DNA of 64,000 nt from an uncultured Gammaproteobacteria bacterium (lineage in GTDB: Bacteria > Pseudomonadota > Gammaproteobacteria > UBA9214): the NCBI GenBank assembly GCA_963773065.1, contig CAVYZN010000017.1, positions 96,001-160,000 on the forward strand. The letters are read 5' to 3'. The position numbers and the translations under genes were made by a program. Under the pieces are notes generated by a model. That model did not search any database, was not told the origin of the DNA, and was given only the letters and a program-made list of their open reading frames with translations. Below are positions 45,099 through 57,919 of the stretch, piece by piece. Within the stretch, counting starts at the first letter, position 1. Each line of letters opens with the position of its first letter.

Positions 45099-46031
45099 TT
45101 AGGCAGCGCCAAGGCGCACACCACCGAGGGGATGTGCATTGATAAAGTCGATCGCAGAGATCTGACGTGCTCCAGCCAACTGCACTGCCAAGATCCTGAG
45201 CGCACCAACGCCACAGGAGACATCGATTCCAACCTTGCCGGCGGCCAGCACCACACCGGGCGGCTGCTCCGTCGTCATTGCCACCGGCCGTGCCTCCCAG
45301 ATTCTGAGCTGCCGGCCCGAGTAGCGTGTTTCGGCAACCGGCCAGGGGTTGAATGCCCGGACTTGGCGTGCGATCTGTTCGGCAGACATCGTCCAGTCGA
45401 TTACCGCCTCGGTTTTTTCGATTTTGTCCGCATAGCTTGCCTGGCTGTCATCCTGCACCCGCGGCTCCAGCTCACCCTGCGCGATTCGGTCCAGATTTTC
45501 CTTGAGCAATTGTGCGCCCATTACTGACAGGCGGTCATGCAATCGCCCGCCCGTATCCTCGGGTTCGATCAGGCATGTAGCCGAGGCAAGCACCGGTCCG
45601 GTATCCAGGCCCGCCTCCATCTGCATGAGGCAGACTCCCGTTTCCCGGTCGCCGGCAAGGATAGCCCGCTGAATCGGGGCCGCGCCGCGCCAGCGCGGCA
45701 AGAGGGAGGCATGGACATTGATACAGCCAAGCCGCGGCATCGCCAGCACCGCAGGCGGTAGAATCAGACCATAGGCAACCACGATCATCAGGTCGGCCCT
45801 AATGGGCTCAAGTGCCGCCTGCGCCCCACTGTCCCTGAGCGTCCCGGGCTGACAGACAGGTATGGCATGTCGGCTTGCCAGCCGTTTCACCGGGCTTTCC
45901 GCGGTGCGCTGTCCACGCCCGCAGGGTCGATCGGGCCGAGTAAAAACCGCCACCACCTCATGGGGACTGTCCAGCAGGACATGCAGGACGGGAAGAGAAA
46001 ATTCAGGTGTCCCCGCAAATACAATCTTCAT
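45099..46031 (-). CDS. fmt: Methionyl-tRNA formyltransferase
   Basis: FAGTPEF, NVHASLLPRWRGAAPIQ, GLDTGP. Confidence 0.97.
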   Translation of the reverse strand: MKIVFAGTPEFSLPVLHVLLDSPHEVVAVFTRPDRPCGRGQRTAESPVKRLASRHAIPVCQPGTLRDSGAQAALEPIRADLMIVVAYGLILPPAVLAMPRLGCINVHASLLPRWRGAAPIQRAILAGDRETGVCLMQMEAGLDTGPVLASATCLIEPEDTGGRLHDRLSVMGAQLLKENLDRIAQGELEPRVQDDSQASYADKIEKTEAVIDWTMSAEQIARQVRAFNPWPVAETRYSGRQLRIWEARPVAMTTEQPPGVVLAAGKVGIDVSCGVGALRILAVQLAGARQISAIDFINAHPLGGVRLGAA

Positions 46032-46114
46032 AACACGATCTCGGGGTGCAGGTCTTCATGGGAGATCCATGCCCCGAACGGAAAAGTTTCGCCAGTCAAC
46101 AAATCCGGAGCGTG

Positions 46115-46651
46115 TCAAATCACCCTTGTTGAGGACTGCCTGTCCTCGGCATCCGGGGTTCGTTGGTGTTTTTCGAGTTTATTGCGAATCCGCGTGCGCT
46201 TCAGCTGGGACAAATAATCGACAAATAGCTTGCCATTGAGATGGTCGATCTCATGCTGGATGCAGACCGCCAGTAGACCGCCGGTTTCAAGTTCAAATGG
46301 CCTCCCGTCGCGGTCAAGTGCCCGCACACGCACCCGATCCGCCCGTTGCACTATTTCAAACACACCCGGCACTGATAAGCAGCCTTCTTCCATCTCCTCG
46401 ATACCTTGCAGTTCAAGTATCTCCGGATTGATCAGGCATAAAGGCTGCTCTTTATCTTCCGATACATCTATGACAACGATGCGTTTGTTAATATTGACCT
46501 GCGTGGCCGCCAGACCGATACCAGGTGCCGCGTACATGGTCTCTAACATGTTATCGATCAGCTGGCGGACAGCATCATCAACTTCTGTTACGGGTTGTGC
46601 AATATTCCGCAGGCGCGGGTCGGGAAAGTGGAGAATATCCAGGATCGCCAT
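46115..46651 (-). CDS. def: Peptide deformylase
   Basis: [22 protein letters not shown]. Confidence 0.97.
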   Translation of the reverse strand: MAILDILHFPDPRLRNIAQPVTEVDDAVRQLIDNMLETMYAAPGIGLAATQVNINKRIVVIDVSEDKEQPLCLINPEILELQGIEEMEEGCLSVPGVFEIVQRADRVRVRALDRDGRPFELETGGLLAVCIQHEIDHLNGKLFVDYLSQLKRTRIRNKLEKHQRTPDAEDRQSSTRVI

Positions 46652-46859
46652 GTGAATGCCGTCACGATTCAGGTCATCAATCTTCAATATACTTTATCAC
46701 AACCTGCCGGTAGCGGTTTAACTGTGCCTACAAAAGGTTTTGTTCTGTGTGGATTTTCCGCTAAACTCCCGTCTGATCAAGACCGCCAGCTATTCCAGCA
46801 ACATAGAACCGCATGGCGTGGATGTGGTATTGAGATACAACGACGTTAAAGGGATGCCT

Positions 46860-47885
46860 ATGTCAATCAAGAAACTGTTCGGACTGGTCTGTGCTGCACT
46901 GATCGCCGGCTCAATCTTTGCGGCTGATGTCGTACTCAACCCGAATCATCCGGACCGATACGTCGTGGTCAAGGGTGACACGCTATGGGATATCTCGGCT
47001 ATGTTTCTGCGCGATCCCTGGTTCTGGCCCGAGATCTGGTACGTCAATCCACAGATCGCCAACCCACACCTGATTTACCCGGGTGACATCCTGACACTGG
47101 TCTATGTGGACGGCAAGCCGCAATTGCGACTGGAGCGCGGCCCCGTCAAGCTGTCACCCCAGGCACGGGTAGAAAGCCTCGATCATGCCATACCCACCAT
47201 CCCCATTGATGCCATCAAGCAGTTCCTTACCAAGCCGCTGGTCGTCAGCCAAGACCAACTGGACAAGGCCCCGTATGTAGTGGCGGGTGCCGATGAACAT
47301 GTAGTCACCGGGGCCGGTGATCGCGTTTATGCCCGAGGCATTCAGGGTGAAGACGTTGGCCTGTTCGATATCTTTGAGCCCGGCGGAGCGTTAATCGACC
47401 CGGATACCGATGAAATACTGGGTTATGAGGCCATTTATGTGGGAGAAGGTGCCGTGCAAAGGTACGGTGACCCAGCCACATTATTGCTTACGGAAACAAC
47501 GCGTGAAGCACGGGTCGGTGACCGCCTGTGGCCAACCTCCCAGGAAAAGCCGATAACCCAGTTCCTGCCCCATCCGACCCCGCCCGGCACGGAAGGACGC
47601 ATCATTTCAGTCCTGGGTGGCGTCCGGGAAATTGGCCAGTTCAATGTTGTAGCCATTGATCTAGGCACGTCGGACGGCATGGAAATCGGCCACGTGATGA
47701 AGATCTTCCAGACGGGCGAAACCATACGTGATACCGTCAGCGGCAAACGCGCTGAAATGGTAAAATTACCAGATGAGGAAGCCGGCGTGCTCATGGTATT
47801 CCGCACGTTTGATCGGGTCAGCTATTGCCTTGTTATGAAAGCAACCCGCTCCATGCACCTGCTCGACTACGTAAGAACACCCTGA
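46860..47885 (+). CDS. LysM peptidoglycan-binding protein (TsaP-like)
   Basis: YVVVKGDTLWDIS...WPEIW..NPQIANPHLIYPG; def-lysM-dprA synteny. Confidence 0.88.
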   Translation: MSIKKLFGLVCAALIAGSIFAADVVLNPNHPDRYVVVKGDTLWDISAMFLRDPWFWPEIWYVNPQIANPHLIYPGDILTLVYVDGKPQLRLERGPVKLSPQARVESLDHAIPTIPIDAIKQFLTKPLVVSQDQLDKAPYVVAGADEHVVTGAGDRVYARGIQGEDVGLFDIFEPGGALIDPDTDEILGYEAIYVGEGAVQRYGDPATLLLTETTREARVGDRLWPTSQEKPITQFLPHPTPPGTEGRIISVLGGVREIGQFNVVAIDLGTSDGMEIGHVMKIFQTGETIRDTVSGKRAEMVKLPDEEAGVLMVFRTFDRVSYCLVMKATRSMHLLDYVRTP

Positions 47886-47970
47886 ATAACACCTTTATCA
47901 GAGTGCCCAGGGAAGGGACCATCATGAATGATCTGTTAACACTGAACTCGGGAACGGGTGACTAGCCACC

Positions 47971-49099
47971 ATGGTGGCTGCACCCGCACCTGACGGCACC
48001 GACATAATTGACTGGCTGACCCTGTATCACGCACCAGGCGTGGGCGCCGTTACCTTACTTCGACTTATCGATCAGTTCGGCGGTGTACGGGAAATCCTGC
48101 GGGCTTCCACCGGTCGGCTGCAAGCCAGCGGCCTGCCCCAGCAGGCCGTCACATCCATCAAGCGACCGGACCGGCAACAGATCGATCGCGACCTCGCCTG
48201 GCTCGACCAGCCACACAACCGGCTCATAACCTGCCATGATCCCGCCTACCCGCCGTTGCTATTGCAGATACCGGATCCACCACCCCTTCTCTATCTACAC
48301 GGCAATGCCGATATCCTATCCAGCCTGCAGCTCTCCATCGTCGGCAGCCGAAACCCGACATCTTCCGGACGCCGCACCGCCTGCGAATTTGCCCGTTCCC
48401 TCGCTCTGTCTGGTCTGACAATTACCAGTGGTCTGGCGCTTGGCATCGATGCCGCCAGCCATAACGGCGCCCTGGAAGCTGGCAAACCGACGATTGCGGT
48501 GATGGGCACCGGCCTGGATCAAGTCTACCCCGCACGTAACCGCGACCTGGCTCACCAGGATTGCCAAACACGGTGCCCTGGTCTCTGAATTCCCGATCGG
48601 AACTCCGCCCAGACCGGAGAATTTCCCGCGCCGCAATCGCATCATCAGCGGGCTTAGCCTGGGTACCCTGGTGGTTGAAGCTACGACACGTTCCGGCTCA
48701 CTGATCAGCGCGCGTTGTGCGGCAGAGCAAGGACGTGAAGTCTTCGCAATTCCCGGTTCCATTCATAGCCCGCTGTCACGTGGTTGCCACTCCCTGATAC
48801 GCCAGGGTGCAAAACTGGTAGAGACGGCGCAAGATATTATTGACGAATTGGGTGCCTTGGCAGCAGTCGCCACTCGGACAGCGCCGTCCAGCGATACCGA
48901 GAACGCGGAGCAATCTCCGGAACTCGCTGCCGATTATGTGCAACTACTTGATTACATGGGTTATAACCCCGCATCAGTCGATATGCTGGTGGAAACCAGC
49001 GGATTGACGCCAGCCATAGTTTCCTCCATGCTCCTGCAGCTTGAATTAAAGGGATACATCGCATCCGGCCCAGGAGGGCTTTATAACCGGTTGAAATAA
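47971..49099 (+). CDS. dprA: DNA-processing protein DprA (frameshift near 48560)
   Basis: IVGSR, SGLALGID, FPRRNRIISGLS, SGSLISA, GREVFAIPG. Confidence 0.94.
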
Positions 49100-49110
49100 A
49101 AAGGTTCCGA

Positions 49111-49584
49111 ATGAAAGAAAATGTTTTCGACGTCCTAATGTATCTGTTTGAAAACTATTACATGGATGACGAGGGTCCGGTCACGCCGGACCGCGAATTC
49201 GTCCATCAGGAGTTGCGTAACGCCGGCTTTCCAGCCCCTGAGATCGACCGGGCCTTCAACTGGCTGGAAGACCTGGCAAGCGACACCACACCCATAACCA
49301 TGCAGGCAGAGCACTCCCTGCGCCTGTTTTCACAACACGAATCGGAACGACTCAACACCGAGTGCAGGGGATTGCTGCTGTTCCTGGAACAGATGGGAGT
49401 ATTGAACCCGGCCAGCCGTGAACTGGTCATTGACCGGGCAATGGCGCTCGAAAACGAGGATTTTGATATCGAACAGCTCAAATGGGTCGTGCTCATGGTG
49501 CTTTTCAATCAGCCAGGCGAAGAAGCCGCCTATGCGTGGCTGGAAGACCTGGTGTTTGAGAACATGACCAATTGCCTTCATTAA
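49111..49584 (+). CDS. smg: Smg (DUF494) protein
   Basis: FDVLMYLFENY, RELVIDRAMAL, LKWVVLMVLFN. Confidence 0.92.
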   Translation: MKENVFDVLMYLFENYYMDDEGPVTPDREFVHQELRNAGFPAPEIDRAFNWLEDLASDTTPITMQAEHSLRLFSQHESERLNTECRGLLLFLEQMGVLNPASRELVIDRAMALENEDFDIEQLKWVVLMVLFNQPGEEAAYAWLEDLVFENMTNCLH

Positions 49585-49638
49585 CCCCAATATCATGGGA
49601 AGACGTGCCGCTGAACCATTGACCCGATCCGATTTCCA

Positions 49639-51945
49639 ATGAGCAACAACCTGGTCATTGTTGAATCGCCCGCCAAGGCGAAAACCATCAAGAAATACCT
49701 CGGAAAGGGGTATGAGGTCATGGCGTCCTACGGCCATGTGCGCGATCTCGTGCCCAAAGAAGGCGCTGTCGACCCCGAGCACGACTTTGCCATGAAATAC
49801 CAGCTCATCGAACGCAACGCCAAACATGTGGAAGCCATCGTCAAGGCGATGAAAAAATCTGACGCCCTCTATCTGGCCACTGACCCGGATCGTGAGGGTG
49901 AGGCGATCTCCTGGCACCTGTGCGAATTGCTTGCTGACCGCAAGGCATTGAAAGACAAGCCCGTTCGTCGTGTCGTATTCCATGAAATCACCAAACGCGC
50001 GATTATCGAGGCCATGGAACACTCCCGCACGCTTTCGCAAGAACTGATCAACGCCCAGCAGGCGCGGCGCGCACTGGATTACCTAGTCGGGTTCAACTTG
50101 TCACCGTTGCTGTGGAAAAAAATCCGCCGCGGGCTTTCTGCCGGCCGTGTACAAAGCCCGGCTCTGCGCATGATCGTGGAACGCGAGATCGAGATCGAAA
50201 GCTTCAATCCGCGCGAATATTGGACGATCGATGGTGATCTCACCAAGGACGGTCAGAGCTTCACTGCCCGCCTCATACAGCTGCACGGCGATAAACTGAA
50301 ACAGTTTTCGATTATCGATGAAATCAGCGCCAGCCGTGTGAAGCAGGAACTGCTGGCGGCTGCCGGCGGCAAGCTGATGGTCGACGCGGTCGAAAAGAAA
50401 CAGCGTAAGCGCTATCCGGCCGCGCCCTTTACCACCTCCACGCTGCAACAAGAGGCCTCGCGCAAGCTGGGCTTCACCGCCAGCCGCACCATGCGAATCG
50501 CCCAGCAACTTTACGAGGGACTGGATATCGGCGGTGAAACCGTCGGCCTGATCACCTACATGCGTACCGACTCGGTCAATCTGGCCCAAGAAGCCATTGC
50601 CGAGCTGCGTGAGTTCATCCCGGAGCGTTACGGGAAAGACAAACTGCCGCATCAACCGGCCATCTATAAAACCAAGTCCAAGAATGCCCAGGAGGCGCAC
50701 GAAGCCATCCGGCCCACCTCCGTGCGCCACACACCCGAGGAAATCAGGAGTCATCTCGGCGTGGAACAGCTCAAGCTGTATGAGCTGATCTGGAAGCGCA
50801 CCATCGCCTGCCAGATGATCCACGCCACCATTGACACCGTCAGCGTCGACTTCGGCTGTGGCGCGGGCAACCTGTTCCGGGCCACCGGGTCCACCGTGGT
50901 GGATCCGGGGTTCATGGCGGTCTACCGGGAAGGCGAAGATGACAACAAAGGTGACAATGACGAGGCTTTGCTGCCACCTCTGAAGAAGGGCGAAACCTGC
51001 ATACTGAACGAGATCCGCGCCGATCAGCACTTCACCGAGCCACCGCCGCGTTACACCGAGGCCAGCCTGGTCAAGACGCTGGAGGAATACGGCATCGGCC
51101 GCCCGTCCACCTATGCCACCATCATCTCCACTCTGCAGCAACGCGAATACGTCACGCTGGAGAAAAAACGCTTCTATCCGACCGATGTCGGCCGCGTAGT
51201 GAGCAAGTTTCTCACCGAACACTTCAACCAGTACGTGGACTATGATTTTACCGCCCGGCTCGAGGATGAACTGGACGCCGTGTCGCGCGGCGAAAAGGAT
51301 TGGGTGCCGCTCATGGAAAATTTCTGGAAACCCTTCAAGCACCTTGTCGATGACAAGGAAACCAGCGTTTCGCGCAGCGACGTCACCACCGAGGCCACGG
51401 ATGAAGCGTGTCCGAAGTGCGGCAAACCGCTGAACATCCGGCTCGGACGGCGCGGGCGTTTCATTGGCTGTAGCGGCTATCCGGAGTGCGATTACACGCG
51501 TAATGTCGATGAAGAACGCGGTGCCGAGGAACCCGAAGTCATCGAAGGACGCAGCTGCCCGGAATGCCAGTCCCCATTGATCGTTCGCGCCGGCCGTTAT
51601 GGAAAATTTATCGGCTGCAGCGGTTACCCGAACTGCAAGTACATCGAACCACTGGAGAAACCGGAAGATACCGGGGTGCTATGCCCGCAGTGCAAACAGG
51701 GCGACATACTGAAGCGCAAGTCACGGCGCGGCAAAATTTTCTTTTCCTGCGCACGTTACCCGGAGTGCGACTATGCCATCTGGAATCAGCCACTGGCACA
51801 GCCCTGCCCTGAATGTCACTGGCCTATTACGACCATCAAGACTACCAAGCGCTCCGGTAGTCAGCGCGTCTGCCCGCAGAGCGACTGCAAATTCACCGAA
51901 CCATTTGAGGAAGCTGAAACGACGACCGAGGCGGCGGCGAATTAA
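49639..51945 (+). CDS. topA: DNA topoisomerase I
   Basis: IVESPAKAK, DPDREGE, SAGRVQS, ITYMRTD, C-terminal zinc ribbons. Confidence 0.98.
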   Translation: MSNNLVIVESPAKAKTIKKYLGKGYEVMASYGHVRDLVPKEGAVDPEHDFAMKYQLIERNAKHVEAIVKAMKKSDALYLATDPDREGEAISWHLCELLADRKALKDKPVRRVVFHEITKRAIIEAMEHSRTLSQELINAQQARRALDYLVGFNLSPLLWKKIRRGLSAGRVQSPALRMIVEREIEIESFNPREYWTIDGDLTKDGQSFTARLIQLHGDKLKQFSIIDEISASRVKQELLAAAGGKLMVDAVEKKQRKRYPAAPFTTSTLQQEASRKLGFTASRTMRIAQQLYEGLDIGGETVGLITYMRTDSVNLAQEAIAELREFIPERYGKDKLPHQPAIYKTKSKNAQEAHEAIRPTSVRHTPEEIRSHLGVEQLKLYELIWKRTIACQMIHATIDTVSVDFGCGAGNLFRATGSTVVDPGFMAVYREGEDDNKGDNDEALLPPLKKGETCILNEIRADQHFTEPPPRYTEASLVKTLEEYGIGRPSTYATIISTLQQREYVTLEKKRFYPTDVGRVVSKFLTEHFNQYVDYDFTARLEDELDAVSRGEKDWVPLMENFWKPFKHLVDDKETSVSRSDVTTEATDEACPKCGKPLNIRLGRRGRFIGCSGYPECDYTRNVDEERGAEEPEVIEGRSCPECQSPLIVRAGRYGKFIGCSGYPNCKYIEPLEKPEDTGVLCPQCKQGDILKRKSRRGKIFFSCARYPECDYAIWNQPLAQPCPECHWPITTIKTTKRSGSQRVCPQSDCKFTEPFEEAETTTEAAAN

Positions 51946-52081
51946 TACTGAAGTCACGGGCAGGGACAGGGAATTCAGACGGACTTTCGCACCCTTGAGT
52001 TAGCTGCCTCTCGCTGGTCTTGCGCAGTTTTCTTATCGACACTGCGTTGACAATGGTTAGTAATTCGGCCGGTAATTGGCT

Positions 52082-52712
52082 ATGAGCTGGCACATACGGG
52101 AAGCCGTGCGGCAGCTGGCGGCAGGCGGCGTGATCGCCTACCCGACCGAAACCGTATACGGCCTGGGATGCGACCCTTTCAATGCGGCTGCGGTCCTGCG
52201 GCTGCTGGATCTCAAACAACGCAATATTGAGCAGGGCGTCATCCTCATCGCCAGTGACTTCGCGCAACTGGAACCGCTGTTGCTGCCGGTATCAGCCGCT
52301 GTCAGGAACCGCATCATGGAAACCTGGCCGGGCCCGGTTACCTGGACCCTGCCGTGTCTGCCGGAAACGCCAGTATGGCTGCGCGGCAGACACGAAAGCC
52401 TGGCGGTGCGCGTTACCAGCCACCCGCTTGCGCGCGCCCTGTGCGTATCCTGGAACGGACCCCTGGTCTCAACCAGCGCCAATCGCCATGGAAAACCCCC
52501 GGCGACCAGTGCGCTTGGTGTGCGCATGGCGTTTGACGCGGGGCTGGATTACATCCTGCATGGGCCGCTTTGCGGCACCGGCAAACCCAGCGAGATTCGT
52601 GATGGCATTACCGGCCGGGTGTTGCGCAGTAACGCCGAAGTCCGGACGAACGGTGGCCGAGCTATCCGGACTCGAGCAGAATATCCAACTGCAAAGAAAC
52701 AGGCGGTCATCA

Positions 52713-52720
<8 letters not shown>
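52082..52720 (+). CDS. tsaC: L-threonylcarbamoyladenylate synthase
   Basis: IAYPTETVYGLGCDP, WPGP, STSAN; 3' end uncertain. Confidence 0.9.
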
Positions 52721-53649
<929 letters not shown>

Positions 53650-53653
53650 ATCG

Positions 53654-53792
53654 TCCCTGTGCTCCGCGACGAGGGACAGGATGTCCGAGTGTCGCGGAGC
53701 ACAGGGATGTGCGAGAGCGGCTGTACCTACATCCCTTACGGCTCATCGCTCCGCGCGTCCCTGCGCTCCGCGATGTACCTACATCCCTGTAG
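53654..53792. repeat. REP-like extragenic palindromic cluster
   Basis: 17-bp perfect IR TCCCTGTGCTCCGCGAC / GTCGCGGAGCACAGGGA; third arm copy near 53758; direct repeat TGTACCTACATCCCT at 53722 and 53774. Confidence 0.75.
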
Positions 53793-53796
53793 GCAT

Positions 53797-53823
53797 AAAA
53801 AAACCCCGCCTTACGGCGGGGTT
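53797..53823 (-). terminator. Rho-independent terminator (U-tract on minus strand)
   Basis: AACCCCGCC-gtaa-GGCGGGGTTTTTTT on the minus strand. Confidence 0.8.
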
Positions 53824-54459
53824 AAAACGCTTTTCAGCGTCGGAGGAGCCTTTATTGCAGTACAATGACAAAATCCGTTATGAGTTGGATCCTGATCATC
53901 CCTGATGCCTGGCGGATCTCACTTCACAATACTTACGTGCTGTGTCGCTGACAATTTTATCGACACCGAGAGCAGAACCTTGAGCGCTTTATTAATCACG
54001 GTTGCAATTATATAACCTATTGTGATGTATTGCTTTTGATGCCTATTATGGTTGTCTGAGGGTGAGATTTACACAAACAGGCGCTGGCGTCGAAAGCTGT
54101 CGGGATGCACCACACCGCAAAAAGCACGACCCGAGGCCGGCATTCAGCACGTTCAGCGGCGCCAGCTGTTGGCGATAAAGCAGTACTTAGTGGCGATGCC
54201 ACACGCTGCTTTTTCTGTTGCCGCAAAGTGGCTATGGCACGCCGCAAGACACCAACGGCTAAGCCGTTTATCTGCAGCCTGAGTATTCACAAGGAGGCTT
54301 TGCACTGAGTGTCGCTAGCCCAGGGTGTCAAAGTGCGCGTTCTTGCAATGGCGGCGATCGCTTGCCCGCAGGCGCTTGATGACGGCGGCTTCATTCAGCA
54401 ATGACAGGAGGTTTTGCGGGGATGAGGGGGTTCCTGACAACGGCAGATAACCCAGCAGA

Positions 54460-54951
54460 TCATGCTGTCTCAGCAGGTGGAAGTAATCGGGCGCAGTCCA
54501 GGTGGCGGGCCGCCAGCGAAAAGCCCCGCTCCAGGTGTTGCAGCGCCGGCAGGCATTTGCGACTGATCAATAGCTGGCCATACACCAGCTCCAGCAGGGC
54601 AAGGTCTCTGTCATCGCCGTAAAGTATCGAGAGTTGTTCATACTCCAGCGTGCAATCCCGATCCAACCAGTAATGACAGATCAACCGCAGTACATGCAAC
54701 GGAAAACACCGTCCACCGCGGCACCGGCGGATCTGCAGCCGCCGCTGGGTAACCTCAAGCAGCGCCTGCGCGGCCTGAGCGTCGCGCGGATCAGCATACC
54801 AGCAGGCCAGCGACGGCCGTGTGGATTTCAGCAGCCCGCCTGCCCTGCGCGAGGCATCGGATAACATAATCGCCTGTTTCACCGGTGACATTCGACATGA
54901 CATGAGCTTACACGCCGGTGTGGACCGGTGTATAGCCGCACTCGTTTGCAA
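54460..54951 (-). CDS. Hypothetical protein (boundaries uncertain)
   Basis: 163-aa ORF with a helical-looking core (ALLELVYGQLLISRK). Confidence 0.5.
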   Translation of the reverse strand: MQTSAAIHRSTPACKLMSCRMSPVKQAIMLSDASRRAGGLLKSTRPSLACWYADPRDAQAAQALLEVTQRRLQIRRCRGGRCFPLHVLRLICHYWLDRDCTLEYEQLSILYGDDRDLALLELVYGQLLISRKCLPALQHLERGFSLAARHLDCARLLPPAETA

Positions 54952-54991
54952 TCAGGGACTGACCCCGGCAGCCAGTCACGCTACACTGTAG

Positions 54992-56844
<1,853 letters not shown>

Positions 56845-56857
<13 letters not shown>

Positions 56858-57191
56858 GGCGCGACGGTGCGGCGTTCCGCCACGCGCCGCTCCGGCCCGT
56901 CCCAGGGAATCACGCGCCAATCCAGCCGCCGGCGTTCGTTGCCGGCCGAGCGATTCCAGAACTCCCGGGCAACCAGCGTGTGGTACCATGACAGGTCCGC
57001 CCATGCAGCCGGCCGATCAGCCTGCGCCCCTCACGGTCCGAGCGCGAATGGACCAGGGCGTAGCGGTGGAGGCCGCCGTTGCCGTCGTCCTTCTTGATGA
57101 TCCGGGGAAGCATCCCCTCCGAAAGACCCGCGAAGACACAAGCATCCCGTTCCGAGGCGGTGGCCGGTAAATTGCCGATGAAGATGATCAT
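56845..57191 (-). CDS. Small RRM-like RNA-binding protein (frameshift near 56980)
   Basis: IFIGNLP (RNP2-like); after the shift LVAREFWNRSAGNERRRLDWR..PWDGPERRVAERR. Confidence 0.55.
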
Positions 57192-57244
57192 TTTTCTTGT
57201 CCTTGAATGTGGTTTTCAGTGTGCTGGAAGCGGGTGCGGGTCAT

Positions 57245-57778
57245 TCAGTCGCCGGTGCGGTGCCGGTTCTTGAGCTCGACATAATGTTTCGGCGAATACT
57301 CGAGGAAGGCGCGCTCCTGTTCGCGCAGTGGCCGTACCCGGCGCGCGGGGGAACCCACCCAGAGGAAACCGCCTTCGAGTTCCTGGCCGGGCGGCACCAG
57401 GCTGCCGGCGCCCAGCAAGACCCCGGAGCGCAGTATCGCACCGTCCATGACGGTCGCCCCCATGCCGACCAGGCAGCCATCCTCGATGGTGCAGCCATGC
57501 AGTATGACCTTGTGCCCTACGGTAATGTCCGACCCGATGCGCAGCGGGAAGCCCCCCGGCGCGAATTCACTGTCATGACTGACGTGCAGGATGGTTCCGT
57601 CCTGGATATTGGTGCGCGCGCCGATCTCGATGGTGTTGACGTCGCCGCGGGCGACGACCATCGGCCACAGCGATACGTCCTCGCCGACGGTGACATCGCC
57701 GATCACCACGGCGCTCGCGTCCACGTAGGCGCTCGCCGCGATCCGCGGACTGATACCCTGATAGCAGCGTACCGTCAT
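57245..57778 (-). CDS. Gamma carbonic anhydrase family (YrdA-like)
   Basis: RGDVN.I.IG..TNIQDG.ILHV, VGH.VILHGC hexapeptide repeats. Confidence 0.93.
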   Translation of the reverse strand: MTVRCYQGISPRIAASAYVDASAVVIGDVTVGEDVSLWPMVVARGDVNTIEIGARTNIQDGTILHVSHDSEFAPGGFPLRIGSDITVGHKVILHGCTIEDGCLVGMGATVMDGAILRSGVLLGAGSLVPPGQELEGGFLWVGSPARRVRPLREQERAFLEYSPKHYVELKNRHRTGD

Positions 57779-57919
57779 CGCGCAAACTTACCTGCTCACT
57801 ATGCCTCGTTGCAAGCCATGCAAGCGGTCCCGTTCAACTACCGGTGTTCCCCGGCGCCATGCTAGAGTAGGCATCCCCGCCGCTCCCGTCACACGCTCAC
57901 ATACGAGGTACTGCACAGC

